From a virus (lineage: Duplodnaviria; Caudoviricetes): a stretch of 62,335 nt of DNA. Position 1 is the stretch's first letter, and each line of letters begins with the position of its first letter. The position numbers and the translations under genes are program-made. This document shows positions 8,301 to 17,900 of this stretch, piece after piece. Where the stretch lies: IMG/VR virus record IMGVR_UViG_3300030380_000755, positions 1 to 62,335 of that record. One strand, 5' to 3'. The notes under the pieces are model-generated. The model saw only the letters and a list, made by a program, of their open reading frames with translations, was not told the DNA's origin and made no database searches.

Positions 8301-11119
8301 ACAAAATTAAAAACGGTACGTATTCGTACACAATGCCTGACGGCACCACTGTGTCACCGGAACCGCCTAGCGGGGACCAAACACCACTTATAAATACTGT
8401 ATCAGACAACCTAGCTCTGTTTGAATTATACACCAACCTACTAAATGATCTTAGCAGTTGGGGGGCTATACCGTCTGATTCTACACAATTTGATGCGCCG
8501 CAGCTAATTAGCACGCTAGAAAACTTGGGTATTGAAGATACTACGTTTATACAAAATGCAGCCAATACTGCGTATGGCGATCAAGTTATAACAAAATATG
8601 AGGTAGACACGGCTCTAGGTAATGTGCAGCCAGACTTTAAACTAGATGACAATGCGTATGCCGTTCTTACTGGTGCAATCCCCAATGCTGATGCCGCTGC
8701 CATCGTTGCAGCGTATATTGACCCACTCTACATTGACGCGGATGAAGTTAAAGAAGCCGCTGCAGAAGAAGGCATAGAACTTACCGATGAGCAAATTGAT
8801 GCAATCGTAGGGCAGAAAGATGAAGCCGAGGCAGTGAAAGAAATTGATGAGTTAGGTACATCAGAGGCAGAAGCACGTAAATTTTTTACTGATCTTGGTT
8901 ACGAACCCACCGACGAAGAAGTACAGCAGTATGTAGGCTCTGTGTCTGAATCAGATCAGCAGACAGCTATTGGTAACTATGTTGACCCACGGCAGGTAAC
9001 CGAAGCAGAAGCGCGTAAATTCTTTGAAGATCAAGGTTATACACCAACAGACGAAGAAATTGTAAACTTTATAGGACAGGGCAACGTAAATTTTGAAACT
9101 AATACAAGCGAACGTGTTCCTACATACATAGACCCACGCCAAGTTACAGAAGCAGAAGCTCGTAAGTTTTTTGAGGATCAAGGGTACGACCCTACAGACG
9201 AAGAAGTTGCTAATTATGCTGGGCAAGGTAATGCTGATTTTGAGGCTACTGCACCTGACCGCGTAGGAAGTTATGTAGACCCACGACAGGTCACGGATGA
9301 AGAAGCGCGTGAGTTTTTTACAAATCTTGGGTATGACCCGACAGATGAGCAGGTTGCACAGTTTGTTGCACAGGTTGAAGAGACCACACAGTCTGGACTT
9401 ATTGCGTCTTATGTAGACCCACGACAGGTTACCCGTGAAGAAGTGCAGGCTATTGCCGATGAAGAAGGGCTTACCTTAACTGATGCTCTAGCAGCCACAT
9501 ATGTAGGTCAAGGTGTAGCGGAGAATTATGCGTCCGAGAAACTATCGGAAGCACGTGCAGAATACGATCCGTTAGCAACCACACTGGAAGAAGCTACACA
9601 ATTTTTTGCAGACACAGGGTACACTGCAACGACAGAAGAAATTGCGCAGTTTGTTGCTTCTAAAACGGAAGAAACACAGACAAGTGCTATCGGTAGTTAC
9701 GTTGACCCACGACAAATAACCGCAACAGAAGCGGAAGAATTTCTAAGTGCTATCGGGTATCAACCATCACAGGAAGATATTGCAGCGTTTACTGGACAGG
9801 TAAATGACGAAAACTATCAGACTACACAAAAAGCCGCCATTGATGAATTCGTTGATCCGAGGTTTTTTGACGCTGGTGAGGTTCGCGCAGCTTACGAAGA
9901 ATTGGGTCTTGTAAATGTAACACAAGAAGATGTGGATAAGTTTGTTGGGCAGTTTGATCCTGAATCTGAAGACTATGACGCCACAGGTTTTGAAGCATTT
10001 CAACGCGGAGAGTTGGAAACGTACGCACCAACAGCTACAAACAACATTATTGCGGCTGTTATAGGGACGCCTGCAGTTGAAGATGATCCAAATACGCCCG
10101 AAGATGAATCTAAAGATGCTACAGGCATATATGCTGAGTTTGAAGCAGGTAAAGACAGAGACGAAGCTTTAGATGCCGCAATAAATAAAGTAGCTGAAGA
10201 TTTAGGCACTACAAAAACTGATTTATTAGATGAACTTGGACTTACAGAAGACCGTCTTAACGAAGAAATTGACGCTGTAGTTGAAGATGTTGCAGGCTTA
10301 ACCGAAGAAATTGGTGACGTAGAAACACGCCTAACTGGATTAATTGAAAAGAACGACGGTGATGTTGACGCTGCACTTGAAGAATTATCTACCGCGCTTG
10401 GTACTACAGAAACAAACATACTCACAGAACTTGGTATTACTAAAGGCGAACTAACTGAAAGTTTTAAAACCGCTATAGGTGACGTAGAAACTAGCCTTGG
10501 TGCAGATATAGACGCAGTAGCGGACCTTGTTGGTAAACCTGCACGAGAGGTTACACAGGAAGATATAGATTTTGTAATTGATTTAATTGCACAAGAAAAT
10601 GTCAGCGAAGAACTAATCATGCAATATGATGTTACTGGAGACGGTATCATTGACATAGGTGACCAAGCTCTGTTAGAAACAGCATTACAGGGTGAAGAAG
10701 ATGTTACTCTTGCAGATACGTCCATGTTTGCGCCAGACACAGGTATATACGGCGAAATAGACACACAGACGGACGCAATCACTGATATGATTACTGATCT
10801 GAACACTCAGATTACTACGCAACAGCAACAGGAAAATTTACGGGACTTACTATCAATGGAGCAACAGGGCTTATTTAAAGGGGCAAAAACCACAGTTTCT
10901 GCTGCAGACCCTGCAAATATTGATTATCTATATGATTTTAACAGCATATTTGCTAATCCGTCACAACAAGGACTGTTTGCAAGCCCATATAGCACTACAA
11001 CTCGTAACAAAACGGCAAACCAACCCATGGCACCAATGCCTATGGCTAGCGGGTTTGCAAAGGGTGGACAGGTTGAGGATGAAAATGATATGCTACTAAG
11101 AATACTTGGAGGTATGTAA
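5369..11119 (+). CDS. Giant acidic internal virion/ejection protein with tandem repeats and an EF-hand/dockerin-like loop
   Basis: 1916 aa; amphipathic plus hydrophobic N-terminus, about 9 DPRQVT-type repeats, DVTGDGIIDIGD loop, C-terminal FAKGGQV. Confidence 0.7.
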   Translation: MPIGELISDVIGGAADLVGDVVGLVGDAVEWVVDEIIEPVVSGIGDVVEYALDNPIEALATLAVTVAAPYAAPFLGTTATALTGAAKWVIPLASGTQTLVNGGSISDAVKSAAISFAGTYAGKIAGTYINPTIENITSKAISNTKLASTVSNVLGAGTKSATKTFVRTGDLKAASTAFTQSVALGGVNAGLEAATDAVMGNINDTLQKTGFGKEFNDLSSGIKDSIYTSVAAEITGQNLSTQQIVNALDSNGFVTDLINKYVPVASFMDGFIEDAKVRLGKDLSATQIQLLSDAMSASWEKAKEGNPDLTGEAFFGSLQEDAYEELIDTISDPIDAALDNITGNAASAELAAAPLNEAIRKSAEAAANFNELTGQLTERIAEQERLQGVYDDARAQHNANPSQATADAVNTAAAAFNDHTINLNADYPSIKEQLDEYKAQHDKYEPTIEGLQETYDEESKYLISDIEDLDAALKPMLTGVDRITAIALRPGIDENGYREAMGLGPDEDVYGHYLANQKLADNIIAADIAAGYVNMANNNISSDSLPNIPSEITRPTIYGAPKGLTIPDSPDALNIDFTAPKPPVVYSGRGGDPRDYGLTEEEVAEYMADNIAAGVFDTFKTTASDLYRNFTSGGAEAGAYTVGGFGTFADEIAENMIDAFNVDYSDAEAIFYNSLAVQYDPNLTDDEKAEALAQNTAAYLAATEKIKAEQGSTVTVFSSYTDPLKKYIMDISDAEEAKISPEMQVRQYNALPAPDTTWEQILSGKAKDRLGRPYGFGDPLATVMSGVQELPDLAVDMALLAITKNPAILGGTVAVTSMAEAGDAAADEIEEALTNARASGELQKTQEFADLVRVFDGDEDAAFERLVDQSMGYAATTGVIGGIGDVVLGKIAGASGGSKLLSTVPVGLQTVVKTGTGGVSGGINEAVEQVPINMAQIDAGLDVDIDSGTGAAFLVGLSSEGTATAGAASLTAITDTVNKIKNGTYSYTMPDGTTVSPEPPSGDQTPLINTVSDNLALFELYTNLLNDLSSWGAIPSDSTQFDAPQLISTLENLGIEDTTFIQNAANTAYGDQVITKYEVDTALGNVQPDFKLDDNAYAVLTGAIPNADAAAIVAAYIDPLYIDADEVKEAAAEEGIELTDEQIDAIVGQKDEAEAVKEIDELGTSEAEARKFFTDLGYEPTDEEVQQYVGSVSESDQQTAIGNYVDPRQVTEAEARKFFEDQGYTPTDEEIVNFIGQGNVNFETNTSERVPTYIDPRQVTEAEARKFFEDQGYDPTDEEVANYAGQGNADFEATAPDRVGSYVDPRQVTDEEAREFFTNLGYDPTDEQVAQFVAQVEETTQSGLIASYVDPRQVTREEVQAIADEEGLTLTDALAATYVGQGVAENYASEKLSEARAEYDPLATTLEEATQFFADTGYTATTEEIAQFVASKTEETQTSAIGSYVDPRQITATEAEEFLSAIGYQPSQEDIAAFTGQVNDENYQTTQKAAIDEFVDPRFFDAGEVRAAYEELGLVNVTQEDVDKFVGQFDPESEDYDATGFEAFQRGELETYAPTATNNIIAAVIGTPAVEDDPNTPEDESKDATGIYAEFEAGKDRDEALDAAINKVAEDLGTTKTDLLDELGLTEDRLNEEIDAVVEDVAGLTEEIGDVETRLTGLIEKNDGDVDAALEELSTALGTTETNILTELGITKGELTESFKTAIGDVETSLGADIDAVADLVGKPAREVTQEDIDFVIDLIAQENVSEELIMQYDVTGDGIIDIGDQALLETALQGEEDVTLADTSMFAPDTGIYGEIDTQTDAITDMITDLNTQITTQQQQENLRDLLSMEQQGLFKGAKTTVSAADPANIDYLYDFNSIFANPSQQGLFASPYSTTTRNKTANQPMAPMPMASGFAKGGQVEDENDMLLRILGGM
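8711..9955 (+). repeat. Intragenic array of about 9 degenerate ~45-50 aa repeats
   Basis: Recurring YVDPRQVTEAEARKFFEDQGYxPTDEEV-like units. Confidence 0.9.
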
Positions 11120-11814
11120 TGAGTATCATTGAAGATGGACTTGATGCACTAGGTAATCTTTTTAAAAAGAAAGACGGTAGTGTCGATTACGGTTCGCTAA
11201 TATCTCTAGGTGGCGCTGTTCTGGGCGGTACTGGAGTATTGGGTACTGACACTCCTATAACAGGATACCAAGGCACGGTACCAGAATATGATGTGCAACG
11301 TGAAGTTGTGCCCGGTACATATGATCCTAACAGAAGACCCGGAAGTGGTGGACAACGCTATTTTACACAAACGCAATATGTCCCTAAAAGTGCTACGCCT
11401 ACGCAACCTATGTCTGCCGAAGGTTTAGCGGCGTTGAATGCAGCAAATCCTGCACGACAAGAACGTAGAAGACCCGGCGGTCCACGTATACCAGAGCTAA
11501 CAGAAGAAACCGTAGAAGAAACTACAGAATTAGCCACAGGTGGTATCGCTACACTGAAAAAAGGTAAGTACCTAAACGGCGCTACCGATGGTATGGCAGA
11601 CAAGGTACCCGCAAACATTGATGGTGTGCAAGAAGCGCGACTAAGCGATGGTGAATTTGTTATTCCCGCTGATGTCGTAAGTCATTTAGGCAACGGTAAC
11701 TCTGATGCGGGCGCAAAAGTATTAAAAGATATGATGGCTAGGGTGCGTAAAGCACGAACTGGCAATACGAAACAGGGTAAAGAAATAAACCCTAATAAAT
11801 TTATACCCGCGTAG
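11119..11814 (+). CDS. Internal virion protein
   Basis: G..DG.AD.VPA...ARLSDGEFVIPADVV motif typical of phage virion/tape-measure-associated domains; LATGGI motif. Confidence 0.65.
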   Translation: MSIIEDGLDALGNLFKKKDGSVDYGSLISLGGAVLGGTGVLGTDTPITGYQGTVPEYDVQREVVPGTYDPNRRPGSGGQRYFTQTQYVPKSATPTQPMSAEGLAALNAANPARQERRRPGGPRIPELTEETVEETTELATGGIATLKKGKYLNGATDGMADKVPANIDGVQEARLSDGEFVIPADVVSHLGNGNSDAGAKVLKDMMARVRKARTGNTKQGKEINPNKFIPA

Positions 11815-11824
11815 GAGGTAAAGC

Positions 11825-12703
11825 ATGGTTACTCCCGTACTTACAGGCACTGAAGACCCAATTGTAACAGGTAAAGAGTCTGGTCTGGCATCATATGCAG
11901 GTGATTATGTCACCGACATGCTCGGTAAAGGGCAAGCGTTGGGTAATGAAGCATATAACGCTTATATGGGACCGCTTACAGCGGGTGCATCAGACTTACA
12001 AACTAAAGCCTTTGAAGGCGTTGCAGGGTTAGCAAATGCGTTTGATCCCAGTCAGATGGGTACAGCAGGGTACCAACCACAACAATTTACGGGCGATGCT
12101 GTTCAACAGTATATGAATCCATACCTACAAGCCTCATTAGAACCACAACTAGAAGAAGCACGGCGGCAAGCAGGGATTACGGCTGCACAAAACGCTCGTA
12201 AGTTTGCAGGAGCCTACGGTGGATCAGCACAAGCGTTGTTTGACGCAGAATCAAACCGTAACTTAGCGCAGCAGCTACAAGGTATAACAGGTGCGGGCTA
12301 TGCAGACGCGTACACTCAAGCACTTAATCAATTTAACACAGAGCAAGATCGTGGGATGACCGCGCAAGACAAGATTAACTTGTACGGTACGCAAGGACTA
12401 CAAAACCTAGCGAATATGGGCGCAACGGAACGAGCTATAGAATCTGAAGGTATCACAGCCGACAGACTACAATTTGAAGAAGAACGTGACTTCCCGTACA
12501 AGCAAGTACAGTACATGCAGTCTCTACTACAAGGACTGCCGATTGGTGCACAAACGGTACAATACGAAGAACCGGGACTTCTACAATCTATGGCAACAGG
12601 CGCTAGTGACCTCGAAGGGTTTATCGAAAGCCTGTTTGGTACTGGTGGCGGTACTGGCGGTGGCGGTGGTCAGGATAATAACCCGAACAAAGAGGGGAGC
12701 TAA
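11825..12703 (+). CDS. DNA ejection/pilot protein
   Basis: Q/A/G-rich helical protein with QQYMNPY motif; position in the ejection cluster. Confidence 0.6.
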   Translation: MVTPVLTGTEDPIVTGKESGLASYAGDYVTDMLGKGQALGNEAYNAYMGPLTAGASDLQTKAFEGVAGLANAFDPSQMGTAGYQPQQFTGDAVQQYMNPYLQASLEPQLEEARRQAGITAAQNARKFAGAYGGSAQALFDAESNRNLAQQLQGITGAGYADAYTQALNQFNTEQDRGMTAQDKINLYGTQGLQNLANMGATERAIESEGITADRLQFEEERDFPYKQVQYMQSLLQGLPIGAQTVQYEEPGLLQSMATGASDLEGFIESLFGTGGGTGGGGGQDNNPNKEGS

Positions 12704-12705
12704 TA

Positions 12706-14979
12706 ATGGCTTTAGAATCTGGCGGGCTTGACGCACAAGTAGAACAACGCATGGACGCCTACCGAGGCAATCCACAGAAGCTGCAACAACGGTATGGGCA
12801 GAACAAAGAACTTCTGGACTTATTGGCGTTGCAAAAACTTACGTCTGAAAAGAAGCAGGTCGCTGCAGATATGCAGTTAAAGGCACAGCAGAACCCTAAC
12901 ACCATAGCGCAGCAACGCGAACAAGAAGCCTTAGAGCTAACAAAACAGGAAATGAGTGGTACGCTTGGAGAGCTAGCGGGGCGTACAAAAGGCACGTTAG
13001 ACCAGAAACAAAAGACGCAGCAGCAAAATATGCAGCGTATGGCAAAAGCACAACCCCGTAAACCTGCAGGTATTGCTGGACTTCCGGGCCTTGCAGGTAT
13101 GCAACCCCAACCACGACGTGCTCCTATGCAACCCCAACCACGACGTGCTCCTCCTCTCCCACAAGCACAGGGTTTAGCAGGTGCACGTATGGCACAAGCA
13201 GCGCAGCAGCCGGGAGGTCCACGTAGAATGGCAGGCGGCGGCATTGTATCTTTTGCTGGAGGTGAAGAAGTTACCTCACCATTTCGTCGTGCATTTGACG
13301 CATTAGTAAACCGTGTCGGTGAAGACATGGCTTTGCAGCAGTTACGTCAACAGGTTAAAACTAAGTATGGTCTTTTTGCTTCTCCTGTTGGAGGGCTACG
13401 TGCACAATCAGATGACCAACGTGCGTATGCGAAAAAAGTGTTAGACGTGGCTGACTCACTCGGTGAAGCAGAGCTACTAGAACTAGCAGATGTAGACTTT
13501 AAAGCAGCCATGAGCGCAGCGGAAGTAGACGCACTGCCTGCACTGCCAATGTCTAGCACTTCTGAACAACAAATACCCGAAGACAACCTTCCTACTACTC
13601 TCAATCAAACAGAATCACTAGACTCTACTACTGAGCAAGCTGAAGACGAAATCACAGGTAACGTAACATTTACGCCTATAGAGCAGCAAGATTTTTTTGA
13701 AGACGTAGAAACATCATACGAACCTACAAAACCAGAAGAAGCAGATAAAACTGCATTAACAGAATCTATAGACAAAATGACCGCACAAGCGGGTGAAGTA
13801 CCTACTATGGACACTGTAACGGACCTAGAAGCTGCACCATTAGAGTTTGTAGAAGCTCCTTATGACGCACAGGGAAAAGAAATATTACGCAGCCTAACTC
13901 AACGTTACGCTGACGACATGAGCGCTGATCCGTTGGCAGCAATGCAGGCTGCAGGTGTAAGTTCTGACGCTTACTTTGACCGTTCAGGAAAAGCTAAAAT
14001 ATATGAACAGCAAGAAGCAGACGAACGTGCGTTGCAAGCGGAAACACTAGACCCTGACAGACTTAAAAAACTAGCTCGTATGCAAACGCTAGCAGGGGGT
14101 CGTCGCGGTGCAGGTGGTATTGGGCAGGCGTATGTAGACGCACAGCTAGGACAAGACAAACGTAGAGGTGAAGGTCTTAGCGCGTTGCGAGATATACAAG
14201 ACACAGGAGTTACTACTGATTACAATATTGCTTCGCAGGGGGCGGCTTCAAGAGAAAACGCAGCGTCTCGTGCAGAGGCACGCAGAACAGCGGGTATCGC
14301 TGGGGCACGGGGCTTACTTACCGACCAAGAAAACCGCGCACTGCAGGGGCAACGTGAACAAAACGAAATCAACATGCTAAACCAACAGTATGAGCAGGAT
14401 GTAGCTAAAGGTGACTTTAACGCTGCAAGAGAAGCCTTACAACGTCAGGGGCTTGCGTTGCGTGAAATTGTTGGTGTGAACGCAGATGATGTTAATAACC
14501 AAGTTAAGATAAACATCTCTGTATCTGAAGATGAAAACAAATCGCGTGAAGCTGCAGTGGAGCGAGCGTTAGAGAAAGCTACAGAACGCTCAAAAGCATT
14601 TCACGATCGTATTGACTCTCTAAGTGACGACAAGAACGAACTACTTAAAATGCGTGATGAACGGGCTAAAATTGTGTATGACGCTATAACTACACAAATG
14701 ACGGCAAACCCCCTTGTTATGCAGCTAAACAACGAGCTACAAAAACTATCCAAAGCAGAAAATCCTGTGAAATATAGAGAAATAGAAACACAACTTAACG
14801 CGTTAAGAAAAACGATAACTGAAGAACTAGTGCTAACGTACCGCGTATTTGCAGATGCTTATGGTAGCATGCACGAATTAAATATGCGAATTCAAGAACT
14901 TGATGCTTTGACTGGTACAGGTGGTTTTGCTTCACGGCTAGACCCAACCACTACTCCAATAGAAACAATTGAACCATAA
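12706..14979 (+). CDS. Internal virion/ejection protein, coiled-coil rich
   Basis: 757 aa; MAGGGIVSFAGG motif; position in the ejection cluster. Confidence 0.6.
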   Translation: MALESGGLDAQVEQRMDAYRGNPQKLQQRYGQNKELLDLLALQKLTSEKKQVAADMQLKAQQNPNTIAQQREQEALELTKQEMSGTLGELAGRTKGTLDQKQKTQQQNMQRMAKAQPRKPAGIAGLPGLAGMQPQPRRAPMQPQPRRAPPLPQAQGLAGARMAQAAQQPGGPRRMAGGGIVSFAGGEEVTSPFRRAFDALVNRVGEDMALQQLRQQVKTKYGLFASPVGGLRAQSDDQRAYAKKVLDVADSLGEAELLELADVDFKAAMSAAEVDALPALPMSSTSEQQIPEDNLPTTLNQTESLDSTTEQAEDEITGNVTFTPIEQQDFFEDVETSYEPTKPEEADKTALTESIDKMTAQAGEVPTMDTVTDLEAAPLEFVEAPYDAQGKEILRSLTQRYADDMSADPLAAMQAAGVSSDAYFDRSGKAKIYEQQEADERALQAETLDPDRLKKLARMQTLAGGRRGAGGIGQAYVDAQLGQDKRRGEGLSALRDIQDTGVTTDYNIASQGAASRENAASRAEARRTAGIAGARGLLTDQENRALQGQREQNEINMLNQQYEQDVAKGDFNAAREALQRQGLALREIVGVNADDVNNQVKINISVSEDENKSREAAVERALEKATERSKAFHDRIDSLSDDKNELLKMRDERAKIVYDAITTQMTANPLVMQLNNELQKLSKAENPVKYREIETQLNALRKTITEELVLTYRVFADAYGSMHELNMRIQELDALTGTGGFASRLDPTTTPIETIEP
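13099..13152 (+). repeat. Perfect 27-bp tandem duplication (MQPQPRRAP x2)
   Basis: atgcaaccccaaccacgacgtgctcct occurs twice in tandem. Confidence 0.95.
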
Positions 14980-14988
14980 GGTCATAAA

Positions 14989-17900
14989 ATGGCAATATAC
15001 GAGCTAACTGACCCAAACGGCAACAAAATACGAGTAGAAGGACCATCAGGCGCTACTAGAGAACAGATTGTAGGAATCTACAACAATACTATGGCCGAAC
15101 GGGAGCGAGAGCCAGAACGTAGGTTACGTGCAGGGTTGGAAAACTACTACGGCACACAACGAGACATCGCAGGGCAGATAGCGCGTAGCAGAAAACCTAC
15201 GTTTGGTGACTACCTTGGTGAAATCCCTAAAGGTCTTATCGGCGGTGCCGCAGGACTAGTAGAGACAGGTGCTTTGGGTCTTGCAGCGTTACTTCCCGAA
15301 GACGCAGAGAATGTTGTACGTGACGGCATCAAGAAAGCAGGTCAAGCGGTACAAGATTATGTGCCACCAGACTTCAACTTAGAAGATAGTATACCACGTA
15401 AAGTAAGTGAAGCAGGCGGTTCGTTTGCGGGTATCATAGGTGCGTCACTTATAAACCCTGTTGCAGGCGCTACATTGGCTGTATCTGCAGGGGCGGGAGA
15501 AGCTAGTGAACGTGCGCGAGCCGCAGGCGCTACCCAAGAAGAACGTAATCTAGCCGCACTAAAGGGTATTCTTCCCGGTGCGCTAGAGCTTATTCCTGCA
15601 ACTCGTCTGGTTAAAGGTATTAAACAAGTATACCGAGGTGAGGCTAACCCTGTTCAACTTGTAAAGAATCGTATCCTACGAGCAAGCCGTGAAGGTGGTA
15701 TAGAAGCCGCGCAAGAAACTGCGTCTAGCATTGCGCAAAACATGATAGAGCAAGGATATAACCCCGAGCAGGGTACATTTGAAGGTAGCGGAGAATCCGC
15801 AGGTATAGGCTTTACAGTTGGTGCGCTAGCACAATCATTGCTTGACCTTGCCACACCTAGAACCCGTGGCGGTACATCAGATGTTACAGACGTAGAACCA
15901 GAAGAATTTATCCAAGAAGAACTGGACCTACAAGGTGGAGAAGATGCGCCTACTCGTTTGGGGCTACAAACTAATTTTGAAGGTGAACAAGGTGAATTGT
16001 TCCCGCGTTCTGATTTGGGACAAGCTCCAGAAAGACCCGCAGAACGTGATCCTAGACAGACAGAGTTTGATTTTGATGAACGTGTAGAAGAAACCAGAGA
16101 GCCTGATCTTGTAGATCGTATGCAGCAAAAGTTGCTAACAGGTCCAGAAGACCTTGGGTTGACCGTGGATTCTAAGGGAGAAGCACGAACACGAGACCAA
16201 AAGACTGCCGCCCGTGCCGAGGGTATGCAGGTAGTAGAACAAGCTAGATCAGAGATACGGAACACAGGTGAAATATCCTCTGATACCATGCAGAAGCTGC
16301 GTACCGCAGATGTCCCATTTGAAGCTGTATCTAGCGTACTTAAGGGTACACGGTATGAGCCTGCGCTAGACCGTATAGAAGGTGCCGAAGCTCCTGCAGG
16401 TATTGCGGCGTTAGACACTGGGCCACGTCCTGTACAAGATCAAGCTAGCTTTGACGCTGCAGTAGCACGAGCACGTGCAGGGGGTTTAGGACAATTAACA
16501 GCAGACATTGCACAAAACGAACAAGCAGCGCAAGAACGTGCGAGAGAGCGCCAAGCACTAGCAGCCGCAGAACGTGGGGACATAGAAGCTTTTGAACAGC
16601 CCGATCTGTTTGCGATAGAACGTGAGCAAGATGAACGTAAGTATGGTAGACCAGAGCCTACACCAGAAGCTGCGCAAGTAGAAGAAGTAGAGCAGGCTAG
16701 AACCGATCCAGATTTATTAAGTCTAATAGAACAAGATAAGGCGCGAGAAGACAGCGCACGAGTACGCAAGGCTACGGAAGTTGAACGACAGAAACAGGAA
16801 GATATTGATGTAGACACTGAACTTGGTCTGAGGGATATGCAGGAACGAGTTACCGAACCCAAACGTAGGCAAGAAGATCGGGAACGTTCCGAGCAGCTAT
16901 CGTTTCGCGGTGAGTTGCGACAACCCAAAGCAACTTCTAAAGGTATAACACCCCTTGTAAAACCTGCGGTCACATCCGCAAATGTAGGAGAACTAAAAGG
17001 AGCCGCCGATGCTAGATCAACTGACGCAGCAGCAAGTGGAGTTGGCATTCCGCCTATTAAATCAAGCAGTGCAGACGGACCCGCCGAAGCCCCTGAAAGT
17101 ACCTCCGACACTACGACATCTGACAAACGCGGAATGGGACGCTCTGTGCGAGGCGCTAGGAGAACTACTGTATCAGAAGGTACGCAGTCAGATACACTAG
17201 ACGTATTTGACGAACCGATTAATGAAGATGCCGCATTAAAAGAAGCGATAGATGACCCCAAACCTGTGCAGGTAGACCTGCCAAAACAACGTGCCCGGAA
17301 ACGTACTAAGGTAAAGTCCAAGTCAAAACGTGTTACACAGAAGGCTAAAGCTGATACCGGGCCGGGTAGACGTAATGTTATAGGTGGTAAAGCCACCCCC
17401 GCAGGAGCAAAACGCGGCCCTATACCTGAAGGTATAAAAGGCGTCAAACGCCCTAAACCCAAAAAACCAGAAGCAAAACAAGTTGCGCAACTGTACACAG
17501 AAGAAACTCCTGCAGTGGTAAAAGAAGCATTTGGCGGTAAACAAGACGTAGCTACTACAAACCCATTCTCTGATGCAGACAACAAAAAGATAAAAGACAA
17601 ACTACTAGCAGGGTTTAGCAAAAGCGACAAAAGCAAAAAAGAAGTTGCTCCCATTGTTGCCTATTTGCGTGCTTATCCAAACCCATTTGATGGGCTAAAA
17701 TTAGCAATATTTGATTTGGTTCATAGCACCCCATTAGCTACTAACGAAAAAACAAATGACCCCTCTGCACAAGCAGCCGCACAAGCTAGACAGTATATGG
17801 GCGGAGTACCTGCTAAAAAGGGGCAGTTAGCACCTGCGCTACGAGCTATTGCATGGGCCAGAGCTAATCTAAGCAAAGAGGCAAACTTACGTTTAGATCG

